Shown here: positions 30,759-41,466 of the stretch, one piece after another | Layout of the letters: each line of letters begins with the position of its first letter | Numbering within the stretch: position 1 is the first letter of the stretch | Source: Calditrichaceae bacterium | GTDB taxonomy: Bacteria; Calditrichota; Calditrichia; Calditrichales; JBFXGD01 | Direction: 5' to 3' | DNA: 64,000 nucleotides | Assembly (NCBI GenBank): GCA_050173015.1 | Contig: JBFXLE010000016.1 | Coordinates: 31,188 to 95,187 of the forward strand | The notes under the pieces: model-generated | Database searches by the model: none | What the model was told of the DNA's origin: nothing | What the model saw: only the letters and a program-made list of their open reading frames with translations | Translations under genes and position numbers: made by a program

Positions 30759-31522
30759 ATATACAAATCATTTATCTGGCAATTTATCTGACGGGCCGTC
30801 TTTTATTTTATGACATGAATCTGATCATCTCTCCGCACGCCCGCCTGAAGAAACGATTCATCATCAAACGAATCTTATGGGGATTAACCGGAATAATGTT
30901 GGCGGTAGATTTATCATCTGCGTTGCTGATATTCTTTATTCACTCACTGATGGTATTAATAGACTCGCTTCTCGTTCCGGGAAAAACACACAATGCTAAA
31001 CTTTTCTTTCTCCTTCACCTGTTTATCGGTCTTATTCTTTTGCCGCTGCAGCTCTCTTTTATGGAAAACTGGCTTCCCGCGATGCCCAACGAATTGGCGG
31101 CAATTATATTTGAAGGATTAAAAGGGAGCGCCTTTCATAAATTCACTCTACCCGATATAAAAATTGATTACGTGGTTCTCATTCTTACGGGATATGTATT
31201 TACTATCAAAGAAAGTACAATCCTTATCCGTCTGATTCTTAACCGGATTCAGGCGGTACCTACCCAAAAAAACTTCCCTGATGAAACTGATGCCGATGAG
31301 TATGACCGCGGTAAGCTTATCGGTAATCTGGAACGTACGTTTATTTATTTTCTGATCATATTTGATCAAATTGCCGCGATTGCCGTTATTATCGCTCTAA
31401 AGTCGCTGGCCAGATTCAAGGAAATGGATGATAAAAATTTTGCTGAATATTTTTTGATCGGTTCCCTGCTCTCATTATTTCTTGCCGCGTTGCCGGCGGT
31501 ATTGGTACTTTTATTAATCTAA
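30755..31522 (+). CDS. SatD-associated multi-pass membrane protein (DUF3307-like)
   Basis: ATGA overlap with satD; GKLIGNLER..KSLARF..FAEYFLIGSLLS C-terminal motif. Confidence 0.8.
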   Translation: MNIQIIYLAIYLTGRLLFYDMNLIISPHARLKKRFIIKRILWGLTGIMLAVDLSSALLIFFIHSLMVLIDSLLVPGKTHNAKLFFLLHLFIGLILLPLQLSFMENWLPAMPNELAAIIFEGLKGSAFHKFTLPDIKIDYVVLILTGYVFTIKESTILIRLILNRIQAVPTQKNFPDETDADEYDRGKLIGNLERTFIYFLIIFDQIAAIAVIIALKSLARFKEMDDKNFAEYFLIGSLLSLFLAALPAVLVLLLI

Positions 31523-31598
31523 ATGCTCCGTATTACAAAAATTGATAATCCGTCCCGAAATATTTATTTTCCGGAAAACGATGTTTAGGGAATTTCAG

Positions 31599-32093
31599 AT
31601 GACCCAAAAAAGAACCTTCATTTCAATCTCATTGATATTACTTATCAGCTTTGATCTAATATCTAAAAATTTTGCGGCTGATTTTCTTAAAACCAGGGAA
31701 TTTATTCCGGTTATCGGGGACATACTGGTGTTTAGGTATGTGGAGAACCATTCTATGGCGTTTAATTTACTTTCATCGATGGAAACAGAAGTACGTTTTT
31801 ATACCATTCTTGCCATAAAACTAAGTATTTTACTGATCCTGATCATTATCGCGATGCGGAAAAATTCATTTTCCGTGCTGCGTTTAACCGCCTTTACACT
31901 AATAATCGCGGGCGGTATCGGTAATTTTATCGACCGCGCCGTCAATGGTTACGTAATTGATTTTATTCACTTATTTTTCTCTGACACGATAAATTTTCCA
32001 GTTTTTAATCTCGCGGATATTTTTATTTCGACCGGAATCATCATCTTGCTATTCTGGGGCAAACCGCTTACTTTATTTGCAAAAATTGATTAA
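31599..32093 (+). CDS. lspA: Signal peptidase II
   Basis: D..SK, N..MAF, GGIGNFIDR..GYVIDFI, FPVFNLAD. Confidence 0.92.
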   Translation: MTQKRTFISISLILLISFDLISKNFAADFLKTREFIPVIGDILVFRYVENHSMAFNLLSSMETEVRFYTILAIKLSILLILIIIAMRKNSFSVLRLTAFTLIIAGGIGNFIDRAVNGYVIDFIHLFFSDTINFPVFNLADIFISTGIIILLFWGKPLTLFAKID

Positions 32094-32105
32094 AAAGGAG
32101 TCCTG

Positions 32106-32594
32106 ATGGATCAGAATACGGCGGTAGCTTTTTCCAAATTTAAAACCAGACTAAGTTCTCTTTCTGAATTTGAGCGCTTGAAACTAATGGATTATATGGG
32201 TAAAAACCAGCCCATCGTGATGACTTACCTCATGGCGGCGACGGAAAGCCTGAAAAGCCAGACAGCGCGAAAAACTCTCTTTGATCTCGGCCTTGCGCTT
32301 TTGATGACGGTTTCTGAAAACCAAAGCAACATTATCGAATACACCGCGCTTGACGGTCATAATAAAAAAAATATCCGGATTTTTGAGTCCGTGCTCAAAG
32401 CAGACGATGATCATTTTCTTGATTCTTCAATATCGATCGTTCATGAATTCGCTCATTCCGAATTACTTCTCGAGATAATCGAAGCTTTAACAGAGTGGAC
32501 AAGAGCCGAATCACAGTTTAAAAAGAATTATTATACAATGATGTTAATTTATCTTAAAACAATCATCGATTGCTTTGCGGAAACAGAAGAATAA
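32106..32594 (+). CDS. Hypothetical protein
   Basis: 162-aa ORF with an AAGGAG RBS; no motif recognised. Confidence 0.65.
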   Translation: MDQNTAVAFSKFKTRLSSLSEFERLKLMDYMGKNQPIVMTYLMAATESLKSQTARKTLFDLGLALLMTVSENQSNIIEYTALDGHNKKNIRIFESVLKADDDHFLDSSISIVHEFAHSELLLEIIEALTEWTRAESQFKKNYYTMMLIYLKTIIDCFAETEE

Positions 32595-32632
32595 CTGTTG
32601 ACTTTTCCCGTATAAGTTATCCGGCACAACAA

Positions 32633-33397
32633 ATGAAAAGAGAATTCACGCATAAGTCCGTAAATTTAAGATTTTATGCGGAGCTGAATGATTTCCTGCC
32701 TGTTGATAAACAATTCACTCAGTTTAATCAGAAATTTAAAGGCTCTCCGTCAGTAAAAGATTTAATCGAAGCAACGGGTGTCCCTCACCCCGAAATCGAT
32801 TTGATTCTTGTTAACGGTGAATCAGTGAATTTCACTTACAAAATTTCTGATCATGATAATATTTCCGTTTACCCTGAATTTGAATTATTTAACATCACGC
32901 CGCTCATAAGGTTGCGGCCGGAGCCTCTTCGTATTACAAAATTTATCATTGATGTAAATCTTGGAAAACTGGCAAAACACCTGAGAATTCTCGGTTTTGA
33001 CACGTGTTACAACAATAAATTTCAGGATCAGGAAATTGTGAGAATCGCGCGGACCGAACACCGAATCATTCTGACGAAAGACATCGGACTGCTAAAAAAC
33101 AAAGCCGTTACGCATGGCCTTTGGATAAGATCGGCGGATGTCAGGGAACAGCTTGGAGAGCTCCTTGAAAAACTGGACATCAAACCACAGATCATCCCTT
33201 TCACAAGATGCGTGAATTGTAACGGAGAACTCATTACCGTATCAAAAGAAACCGTCAGGGAAAAGCTGGAGCCGCGCACAAAGAAATATTTCAGTGAATT
33301 CCGGCAATGTCCGGATTGTGAGAAAATTTACTGGAAAGGATCCCATTTTAAAAGAATGCATAAAATTATTGATGATATCGTCGAAAGAAAGTCATAA
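32633..33397 (+). CDS. Mut7-C ubiquitin-like + PIN RNase domain protein
   Basis: RFYAELNDFLP, SVKDLIE..GVPHPEIDLILVNG, DVNLGKLA..LR.LGFD, CxxC..CxxC..YWKGSH. Confidence 0.92.
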   Translation: MKREFTHKSVNLRFYAELNDFLPVDKQFTQFNQKFKGSPSVKDLIEATGVPHPEIDLILVNGESVNFTYKISDHDNISVYPEFELFNITPLIRLRPEPLRITKFIIDVNLGKLAKHLRILGFDTCYNNKFQDQEIVRIARTEHRIILTKDIGLLKNKAVTHGLWIRSADVREQLGELLEKLDIKPQIIPFTRCVNCNGELITVSKETVREKLEPRTKKYFSEFRQCPDCEKIYWKGSHFKRMHKIIDDIVERKS

Positions 33398-33402
33398 AAA
33401 AA

Positions 33403-33447
33403 ATCCCGCGTCTTTATCCTTATTTTAATTTCGAATTGACGCGGGAT
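33403..33447. terminator. Terminator between convergent genes
   Basis: ATCCCGCGTC...GACGCGGGAT stem preceded by an A tract. Confidence 0.65.
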
Positions 33448-33467
33448 CATATCTGATTCTAAATATA

Positions 33468-34358
33468 CTATTTTACGGAAGAAATCTGTTCATCCGCATG
33501 ATAAGAACTCCTGACCAGCGGTCCGGATTCCACATGTTTGAATCCCAGCTCCAATCCAATGCGTTTAAGCTCTTTAAATTCCTCCGGGTGATAGTACCTT
33601 GTTAACGGGTAATGCATTTTAGTTGGAGGAAGATACTGACCAATGGTCAGGATATCACAGCCGACATTTCTTAGCTCTTTCATCGCCTGAATAATCTCTT
33701 CTTTCTCCTCCCCGACACCCACCATCATACCGGATTTTGTCGTAAATCCCCGTTTTTTCGCGTGGTCCAGAACAGAAACGGACCGTTCGAAAAAGGCCTG
33801 AACACGGAGCGCTTTTTGTAAACGCTTAACCGTTTCAACATTGTGATTCAGAATATCCGGTTCAGCGTCAAGCACAAGATCCAGATCATCAAAATCACCC
33901 TTAAAATCGGGTATCAGCACTTCGACCGAGCATCCAGGGGCCTGCTGTCTTATCTGCCGGATCGTTTCCGCGAAGATGGAAGCCCCGCCATCGGAAAGAT
34001 CATCGCGCGCGACTGAGGTGATCACCGCATGACGCAAATTTAGCTTCTTTACCGCTTCACCCACCCGGTAGGGTTCTTCGATATCATATTCCGTCGGTTT
34101 TCGGACATCAATATTACAGAATGTACAGCTCCTCGTGCAGATTTCACCCAGGATCATAAAGGTTGCTGTTCCTCTGCCCCAGCACTCACCCAGATTCGGA
34201 CAGCGAGCGCTTTCACAAACTGTATTAAGGCTGCTGCCTTTTACCAGATGTCTTAGTTCCGTGAATTCATGATTACTTCCCAGCTTCACTTTCAGCCATT
34301 CAGGTCTGCGTAAAGCGATATTCTGCTCTATATTTAAAGGATTTGTCTTTTTTGCCAA
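33468..34358 (-). CDS. lipA: Lipoyl synthase
   Basis: TVCESARCPNLGECW, CTRSCTFC, NHNVETV, GPLVRSSYHA. Confidence 0.97.
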   Translation of the reverse strand: MAKKTNPLNIEQNIALRRPEWLKVKLGSNHEFTELRHLVKGSSLNTVCESARCPNLGECWGRGTATFMILGEICTRSCTFCNIDVRKPTEYDIEEPYRVGEAVKKLNLRHAVITSVARDDLSDGGASIFAETIRQIRQQAPGCSVEVLIPDFKGDFDDLDLVLDAEPDILNHNVETVKRLQKALRVQAFFERSVSVLDHAKKRGFTTKSGMMVGVGEEKEEIIQAMKELRNVGCDILTIGQYLPPTKMHYPLTRYYHPEEFKELKRIGLELGFKHVESGPLVRSSYHADEQISSVK

Positions 34359-34422
34359 TGATAATTCCTTTGTTATAATATCACTTAAAACACAAAAAAT
34401 ATTCTGATTTTGATCAAACAGA

Positions 34423-35427
34423 TCAGAATCGAATCAGGCTCGAAGCCCATGTAAAACCGCTGCCGAAAGACGCCAGACTTACGAGGCTGTTATCTTTAAT
34501 GAGTCCCATTTCCATCGCTTCGCTCATGGCGATTGGAATTGATGCCGCGGTCGTATTGCCATACCGTTCTATATTGCTGAAAACTTTTTCGGGAGGTAAT
34601 TCAAGTCTCATCTGGACGGCTTCTGTGATACGCTTGTTGGCCTGATGCGGAATCACAAGATCGATATCATCTTTTGTATATCCGGTGGCATCAAGCGATT
34701 CCTGGATCACTTCCGGAAATCGTGTCACCGCGTTTTTAAAAACATGTCTGCCGTTCATATACGGATAAATAGATCCCTCTTCAATCATTTGCACGGTCAA
34801 TCTGCCGGGCTTTACACTCCCGGGATCTTCGGCCCACAGATGTTTTGAAAAACGACCGTCCGCGTGAAGATGACTTGTCAGCACACCTTTTTTCTTGTCA
34901 TCGGTGGCAGTCATCACCACGGCGCCGGCGCCATCTCCGAAAAGAACCGCCACATCGCGCCCGCGGGTTGTTAAATCGAGACCCGTGCTGTGAACTTCGC
35001 TGCCTACAACCAAAATGTTCTTATACATGCCGGTTTTTATAAACTGATCGGCGGTTGCCACTCCATAAACAAAACCCGTACATTGATTTCTGATATCCAT
35101 CGCGCCGACTCCGTAAAGCTCAAGATGTTCCTGCATAGGACAACCGGAACCGGGAAACACAAAATCGGGACTCAAAGTCGCAAAAATTATAAAATCAATG
35201 TCTTCCGCTTTCATTCCGGCCATATCCAGGGCTTTTTTTGCTGCCTGCGCTCCCATATAAGATGTTGTTTCTTCACCCGCAGTCACGAATCTGCGTTCAA
35301 CAATACCTGTTCTCTCACGGATCCAGGCATCAGAAGTATCCATTATTTTTTCTAAATCAAAATTTGTAACAACACGATCCGGGAGATAGCGTCCTACTCC
35401 CACGATTTTTGAATTTTTCATACTCAC
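34423..35427 (-). CDS. fabH: 3-oxoacyl-ACP synthase III
   Basis: WIRERTGI, catalytic Cys in QCTGF, FGDGAGA, PHQAN, GNTTAASIP. Confidence 0.95.
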   Translation of the reverse strand: MSMKNSKIVGVGRYLPDRVVTNFDLEKIMDTSDAWIRERTGIVERRFVTAGEETTSYMGAQAAKKALDMAGMKAEDIDFIIFATLSPDFVFPGSGCPMQEHLELYGVGAMDIRNQCTGFVYGVATADQFIKTGMYKNILVVGSEVHSTGLDLTTRGRDVAVLFGDGAGAVVMTATDDKKKGVLTSHLHADGRFSKHLWAEDPGSVKPGRLTVQMIEEGSIYPYMNGRHVFKNAVTRFPEVIQESLDATGYTKDDIDLVIPHQANKRITEAVQMRLELPPEKVFSNIERYGNTTAASIPIAMSEAMEMGLIKDNSLVSLASFGSGFTWASSLIRF

Positions 35428-35524
35428 CTTCCTGAATTATGTTATTTTTTAAATTGAGAAAATATACAAATTTTTATCCTTAAATTAAAGTGAGTGATTT
35501 ATGGAATCATCCCTGACTTTTATT

Positions 35525-36394
35525 TCATAAATATTTCTTTATAAACCGGTCAACACCTTCCACCAGTTTTGGATCATTTAATAATGACGAATGAGAATGC
35601 CCTTCCATCTTCAGAGATTCCACATTTTCCCTGTTTGCCGATTTAACAAGCGTTTCCATGTCCTCACAGGGTACAGTCTCATCGCGGTCCCCATGAACGA
35701 CCAATACAGGATTCTGAAACGTCTTAATCGTATGAGAGGGTGTGAGCAGGCTAAATTTCTTTCCCAGTCTGACTTCAATAAACGTGAGGATACTGGTTGC
35801 AAAACCCCTTGGCATTTTTTTCTTTAAAAATATATCCAGCATGAACGCTTCCAGATCCGCAAATGTTCCTATGGTAACAACCCCTCCGATTCTTTTGTCA
35901 TTCGCGGCTTTATAAAGCGATGCCGCTCCTCCCAATGAGTGCCCTAACAATATTATCTTTTTATCAGAACCGGAACCATTACGGACATAATCTACAACCT
36001 GATCGAGATCTTCTTTAAATTTTATCATAGACGAATAACCGTCATCATCGCTTTCGCCGTGATTGCGGCAATTCAGCAAAACAACCCTCCTGCTGTTCAC
36101 AAGTCCCCGGGTCAACGTCAGCAGCCTATCCGAAGTACTTGCCCATCCATGCACCCCTATGATTACCGGACCGTCAGCGGTTGAATTGATATCCCAAATC
36201 TGAATTTTTTTGCCGTGTTTTGTTTTCAGAAACAAATTCTTGTATTTCAGCCCGTAATCCACCGGATTTTTGGAATTTGATATATGCGGCAGATTAAAAG
36301 ATTTTTGCAGCACGTAATTAAACATGATATACAGCGCAATAATCCCGGTAAAGCTCAGAAAAATAATCGATAGTATAACATTCACAGCCTTCAC
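35525..36394 (-). CDS. Alpha/beta hydrolase with N-terminal membrane anchor
   Basis: HGW, GHSLGG nucleophile elbow, HGDRDETVP, HSH. Confidence 0.88.
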   Translation of the reverse strand: MKAVNVILSIIFLSFTGIIALYIMFNYVLQKSFNLPHISNSKNPVDYGLKYKNLFLKTKHGKKIQIWDINSTADGPVIIGVHGWASTSDRLLTLTRGLVNSRRVVLLNCRNHGESDDDGYSSMIKFKEDLDQVVDYVRNGSGSDKKIILLGHSLGGAASLYKAANDKRIGGVVTIGTFADLEAFMLDIFLKKKMPRGFATSILTFIEVRLGKKFSLLTPSHTIKTFQNPVLVVHGDRDETVPCEDMETLVKSANRENVESLKMEGHSHSSLLNDPKLVEGVDRFIKKYL

Positions 36395-36582
36395 TCCTCC
36401 TAAGCCATCAGATTTTCATGTATTGCAGTACCGGACAATAAAAAATCGAATGAATTTTATCAAATAATTTCATTTATTCTTTTGAATCTTTATATTCAGT
36501 TTCGTAATCAAATTCTTGAATGATTACTAAGGTAAATATATCCTGTACTAATAATTATTGTGCTATTTTTACGGATCAGACA

Positions 36583-37530
36583 ATGAATTTTATTATAATG
36601 CATTTTTCTTCATGGTTCAAAAAATTATTTATATTGCTTCTGATAATTGTATTTTTTTCATGTGACGAAGACAACAGTATCACCCCGCCCGATAATAAAA
36701 CACCTGACTTTCATGTGACGGCATACGGTGATTCAAGCAGCTTCGAAATCGCTACCTGGAATATAGAAAACTTCCCGAAAGCTTCGTCCACAACCATTAA
36801 TAATCTGGCAAACATTATAAACGATCTCGATGTGGATCTCATTGCCGTTGAGGAAATTACAAACACAGGTTCCTTTAATTCACTTCTCACGAACCTGAGC
36901 GGCTGGGATGGAGCATTATCAGCGGATGTGTATAATGACGGATCGTATCAGAAAACAGGTATAATGTACAAAACCGAAATCGTCAATGTTTCTGATGTCA
37001 GAAATATTTTTACAAATGACAGCTACGCGTTTCCCCGTCCTCCTATGACCGCTTTTGTAGAAATAAAAGACAGTACGGGAATCAAATATGACTTTAACAT
37101 CATCGTTTTGCACCTAAAAGCCTATGGAGATTCATTGTCGGTCGACAGACGCCGGCAGGCCTGTTTACAATTGAAAGATTACATCGATCAACAGATCGCA
37201 TTAGGTGATGATGCTGATTTTATCATTCTCGGCGACTGGAATGATCAACTTACCGATGCTGATTCTGTAAATGTTTTTATGCCGTTTTTAATGGATTCAA
37301 CCGGATATACTTTCCTAACTGAAGGAATATCAGACCAGTATTCTTATATTTCAGACTATTACAATAGTTTAATCGATCATATCCTCATCACTGGTGACTC
37401 CGCTCCTGAATTTTCTTCCGGAAATACAGATATATTGTATCTCGATTCAGAGTTTTCCGATTATGAATCTACCATATCGGATCATCGGCCCGTGGTTGCT
37501 AAATTTAAAGGTTTTGAGTTAGAATATTGA
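36583..37530 (+). CDS. Endonuclease/exonuclease/phosphatase family lipoprotein
   Basis: Lipobox FFSC, TWNIENF, AVEEI, HLKA, GDWND, IDHI, SDHRPV; start uncertain. Confidence 0.88.
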   Translation: MNFIIMHFSSWFKKLFILLLIIVFFSCDEDNSITPPDNKTPDFHVTAYGDSSSFEIATWNIENFPKASSTTINNLANIINDLDVDLIAVEEITNTGSFNSLLTNLSGWDGALSADVYNDGSYQKTGIMYKTEIVNVSDVRNIFTNDSYAFPRPPMTAFVEIKDSTGIKYDFNIIVLHLKAYGDSLSVDRRRQACLQLKDYIDQQIALGDDADFIILGDWNDQLTDADSVNVFMPFLMDSTGYTFLTEGISDQYSYISDYYNSLIDHILITGDSAPEFSSGNTDILYLDSEFSDYESTISDHRPVVAKFKGFELEY

Positions 37531-37549
37531 TGCATTGCTTTAAATGGGT

Positions 37550-37960
37550 TTATTCAATTTCAACCTGATCCTTCGACCGGATAAATGATTTATAGAGTAA
37601 TGAAAAAATTATTATGCCGCTGATATCGGCAATCCAGTCATAGACATCGGATGTTCTGCCCGGAACATAATACTGATGCCACTCATCCGAAAACGCGAAA
37701 ATCATGCCCGCAACAAAAACAATCCACATTAAATATCTATGCACGAAATCGCTTTTTGTCATTATCAGTCCCCTGGTGAAAGTCAATCCCCAGATTCCAA
37801 ACACTACAAAATGAAGCATTTTGTCGATAAAACTGATTCCAACATCCGGAAGATAAATAGAACTCACAGAAGATTGAATTGTGATAATAAGTGTCAGCAA
37901 GATCCATGGAAAATGAGCGTCAAATTTTCTTAGCAAAATCATCTCCAAATTTTTATGCAA
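37550..37960 (-). CDS. VanZ family membrane protein
   Basis: DKMLHF, SDEWHQYYVPGRTSDVYDWIAD. Confidence 0.88.
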   Translation of the reverse strand: MHKNLEMILLRKFDAHFPWILLTLIITIQSSVSSIYLPDVGISFIDKMLHFVVFGIWGLTFTRGLIMTKSDFVHRYLMWIVFVAGMIFAFSDEWHQYYVPGRTSDVYDWIADISGIIIFSLLYKSFIRSKDQVEIE

Positions 37961-38179
37961 TGGGTGGTTAAAAAATTAATAGAATATACGCAATACTATA
38001 AATAATATAACAAACATTAAAAATGTTGTCAATGTGATAATTTAAGATTATTTTCAAATGAACACTATAAAATACCCACGATAATATTTCTAAAATCATT
38101 TAACCTAGCTGGTTTTGTGCCGATTATTTTTTGACATTAGGAAGGCTGTTATCTAAATTAATTGGGTTTTGAGGAAATT

Positions 38180-38599
38180 ATGGCGATAACCAAAAAAGAT
38201 AAATATACATATATTTTTCCAAGTAGTATTGACTATCTGGAAAAAATAGAGGCAATCTCGGAGAAAATTGCCGGAGAGATCGGTATGGATGAGTCTTCAT
38301 CTGATGATCTGTCCATTGCCGTTACCGAATTGGTCAACAATGCCATCCATCATGGCAACAAAGATGATAAAAGCAAAAAGGTTACCGTTACATTTTCCCC
38401 GGGTAAAAAGCAGATCAAAGTCTCCATAAGAGACGAAGGAAACGGCTTTATCCCCGAAAAGGTCAAAGATCCGGTGGCGCCGGAAAATCTGCTCGCAGAA
38501 AGCGGAAGAGGTATTTATCTTGTTAGAGCTTTAATGGATGATCTAAAGATAAATATAACCGGCTCCGGCTCCGAAATAGTCATTATCAAAAAATTTTAA
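38180..38599 (+). CDS. Anti-sigma factor / RsbW-like Ser kinase
   Basis: ELVNNAIHHGN, IRDEGNGF, ESGRGIYLV. Confidence 0.9.
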   Translation: MAITKKDKYTYIFPSSIDYLEKIEAISEKIAGEIGMDESSSDDLSIAVTELVNNAIHHGNKDDKSKKVTVTFSPGKKQIKVSIRDEGNGFIPEKVKDPVAPENLLAESGRGIYLVRALMDDLKINITGSGSEIVIIKKF

Positions 38600-38626
38600 T
38601 ATTCAATAATAATTACAGGTATATAG

Positions 38627-39730
38627 ATGTCAAACAAAACCGTAGTCGTGGCGATGAGCGGTGGCGTTGATAGTTCCGTGGCGGCAGTTCTTCTAAAAGA
38701 ACAGGGTTATAACTGCATTGGTATAACAATGAAGCTGTGGGACTATGAGCTGGTTGGTGGAAATATTAACCACGAGAGCGGCTGTTGTTCACTCGATTCC
38801 ATAAATGACGCGCGAATGGTTTGCGCGAAAATAGATATCCCGCATTATGTGTTAAATTTCAGCCGGGAATTTCATACCGGCGTCGTTGACGATTTTATCA
38901 ACGAATATATCGCCGGACGCACTCCGAATCCCTGCGTCCAGTGCAACCTTAAAATCAAATGGAAGACATTGATTGAGAAGGCTGTGGAATTAGGAGCCGA
39001 TTATATCGCGACCGGACATTACGCGCGCGTAAAACACAATGAACAAACCGGCAGGTACGAATTACACAGGGGTCTGGATCCGAATAAAGACCAGTCTTAC
39101 GCGCTCTGGGGAACCCGGCAGGAAAGTCTTGCCCGGACGTTACTGCCTCTTGGTGAACTAACTAAGCCACAGGTCAGAGAATTGGCGCGAAAATATAATC
39201 TCCGTACCGCGGAAAAAAGTGAAAGTATGGAAATCTGTTTCGTCCCGGATAATGATTACAAACGATTCCTTAAAACCGTTGTCCCGAAATTGGAAGAGAA
39301 AGTAGATGAAGGAAACCTTGTCAGTGTCAACGGCGACAAATTAGGGTCTCACCATGGATATCCGTTTTTTACAATCGGTCAGCGCCGGGGAATTGGAAAA
39401 GGTTTTGGAAAACCGATGTATGTTGTGGAAACCAATCCGAAAAACAATGAAGTCATCATCGGCGAAGAAAAAGATCTTTATTCAAGCGAACTCATAGCAA
39501 AATCAGTAAATTTTATCGGAATAAGCGACGCGGCGAACGGAGTTCGGGCCACAGTAAAAATCCGATATAAGGATCAGGGCAGCCCGGCTACTCTCTTCCC
39601 CGCCGGAGATGGTAAGGTTAAAGTCACATTCGATAAACCCCAGAAGGCGGTAACACCGGGTCAATCGGCTGTATTTTATAATGGTGATTCCGTTCTGGGA
39701 GGTGGAATCATCGAATCTTTTAAACGCTAA
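38627..39730 (+). CDS. mnmA: tRNA 2-thiouridine synthase
   Basis: AMSGGVDSS, TPNPCVQCN, ATGHYA, KDQSY, ESMEICF, TIGQRRG, TPGQ. Confidence 0.97.
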   Translation: MSNKTVVVAMSGGVDSSVAAVLLKEQGYNCIGITMKLWDYELVGGNINHESGCCSLDSINDARMVCAKIDIPHYVLNFSREFHTGVVDDFINEYIAGRTPNPCVQCNLKIKWKTLIEKAVELGADYIATGHYARVKHNEQTGRYELHRGLDPNKDQSYALWGTRQESLARTLLPLGELTKPQVRELARKYNLRTAEKSESMEICFVPDNDYKRFLKTVVPKLEEKVDEGNLVSVNGDKLGSHHGYPFFTIGQRRGIGKGFGKPMYVVETNPKNNEVIIGEEKDLYSSELIAKSVNFIGISDAANGVRATVKIRYKDQGSPATLFPAGDGKVKVTFDKPQKAVTPGQSAVFYNGDSVLGGGIIESFKR

Positions 39731-39759
39731 CATCAGACTAAAAATAGCAGGTTGAAAAT

Positions 39760-40575
39760 ATGTCAGTGTCCAAAAACGTAAAAAAAATAACCGTCCCAAT
39801 CATAATGGATATGAAACGTCAGGGTGAGAAAATTGCTATGCTGACTGCTTACGACGCTCTTATGGCGCAGATATTGGATGACAGCGGCATTGATATCATT
39901 CTGGTCGGCGACTCCGGCGGTATGGTGATGGGCGGCCGGGATAACACCCTGGCGGTAACCATGGATGAGATGATTCAATACACCTGTTCCGTGCGGCGCG
40001 GAGTTAGTAAAGCGTTGCTTATTGCCGATATGCCGTTTTTATCTTACCAGGCTGATATGAGCGAAGCGATCAGGAATGCCGGTCGTTTTCTTCAGGAGGC
40101 AGGCGCGGAGGGCGTGAAAATTGAGGGCGGAAAAGTAGTCGCCGGCCTCGTTCAAAAACTGGTTGATTACGGTATCCCGGTTATGGGTCATCTTGGGCTG
40201 ACGCCACAGTCTATCCACCAGTTCGGGGGGTACGGACTAAGGGGAAATAACAGGAAAATCGCCGAAGAATTGATAGAAGACGCAAAAACACTGCAGAACG
40301 CCGGAGCTTTTTGTATCGTTCTCGAGAAAATACCGGCTGAGCTTGCAGCAAAAATTTCAGGAATGCTTGAAATTCCGACAATCGGGATTGGAGCAGGAGT
40401 CGATTGCGACGGCCAGGTTCTGGTGAGTCATGACATGCTGGGTATGTACAGTAAATTCAAACCAAAGTTTGTTCGAAGATATGCCGAAATTGGTGAACAG
40501 ATGTCAACGGCTTTTAAAAATTACGTCACCGAAGTCAAAAACAATAAATTCCCGGATCCAGATGAAAGTTATTGA
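39760..40575 (+). CDS. panB: 3-methyl-2-oxobutanoate hydroxymethyltransferase
   Basis: LTAYD, LVGDS, DMPFLSY, VKIEGG, GHLGLTPQ, IGIGAG..CDGQVLV. Confidence 0.97.
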   Translation: MSVSKNVKKITVPIIMDMKRQGEKIAMLTAYDALMAQILDDSGIDIILVGDSGGMVMGGRDNTLAVTMDEMIQYTCSVRRGVSKALLIADMPFLSYQADMSEAIRNAGRFLQEAGAEGVKIEGGKVVAGLVQKLVDYGIPVMGHLGLTPQSIHQFGGYGLRGNNRKIAEELIEDAKTLQNAGAFCIVLEKIPAELAAKISGMLEIPTIGIGAGVDCDGQVLVSHDMLGMYSKFKPKFVRRYAEIGEQMSTAFKNYVTEVKNNKFPDPDESY

Positions 40576-41410
40576 AAATATTTCTGAAATGCGGGCCTGG
40601 TCTGAATCCCGGCGAATTTCCGGAAAAAGTATCGGTTTTGTGCCCACCATGGGTTATTTACATGAAGGGCATCTTAGCCTTATAAGAACAGCCAAAGAAA
40701 AATGCGATTATGTGGTTGTCAGCATTTTCGTAAATCCCGCGCAGTTTGGTCCCAATGAAGATTTCTCCAGATATCCCAGAAACTTCGAAAAGGACCGGCT
40801 TATGTGCCTGGAAGAAGGTGTTGATATAATCTTTAACCCGACTGCTGAAGAACTTTATCCCACCGGATATAAAACCTATGTTGTTACTAATGACATTTCC
40901 AATATACTATGCGGGGTCTCCCGCCCCGATCATTTCAGGGGAGTCACGACAATTGTCGCGAAACTGTTTAATATCGTTAAACCGCATATAGCTGTTTTCG
41001 GACAGAAAGACGCGCAGCAGTCCATAATCATCAGGCAGATGATTTCCGATCTTAATTTTGATATTGAGACCATTATTGCCCCGATTATCCGGGAACCTGA
41101 TGGTCTGGCAATGAGCTCCCGGAACAAATATCTTTCCGAGACCGAAAGGAAAGAGGCTTTTGTCCTTTTCCGAAGTTTAAAACTCGCCAGACTGGAGATG
41201 ATAAATAAAAACAGTGATGTTGAAGATATCCGAAATAAAATGACACAACTGATTACATCTGAATCATCGGGAAAAATCGATTATATTGAGTTTCGTGACG
41301 CGAATACTCTTGAGGCGAAAACCATTGCCGAAGGGAATGTGCTCGTGGCGATAGCAGTCTATTTTGGTAAAACGCGCTTGATTGACAATGTGATTGTTCA
41401 TACCGATTGA
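40562..41410 (+). CDS. panC: Pantoate-beta-alanine ligase
   Basis: VPTMGYLHEGH, SIFVNP.QF, FGQKDAQQ, GLAMSSRN, RLIDN; the ATG at 40562 overlaps the end of panB. Confidence 0.97.
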   Translation: MKVIENISEMRAWSESRRISGKSIGFVPTMGYLHEGHLSLIRTAKEKCDYVVVSIFVNPAQFGPNEDFSRYPRNFEKDRLMCLEEGVDIIFNPTAEELYPTGYKTYVVTNDISNILCGVSRPDHFRGVTTIVAKLFNIVKPHIAVFGQKDAQQSIIIRQMISDLNFDIETIIAPIIREPDGLAMSSRNKYLSETERKEAFVLFRSLKLARLEMINKNSDVEDIRNKMTQLITSESSGKIDYIEFRDANTLEAKTIAEGNVLVAIAVYFGKTRLIDNVIVHTD

Positions 41411-41466
41411 ATATTGGTAAAATTTATAAAAAGTAATCATCAAATTTCATAAAACGAGGAAACATA

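Noticed and set aside
40430-40561. N-terminal extension of PanC in the ORF track
   Set aside because: Lies inside panB; PanC homology begins at the ATG at 40562
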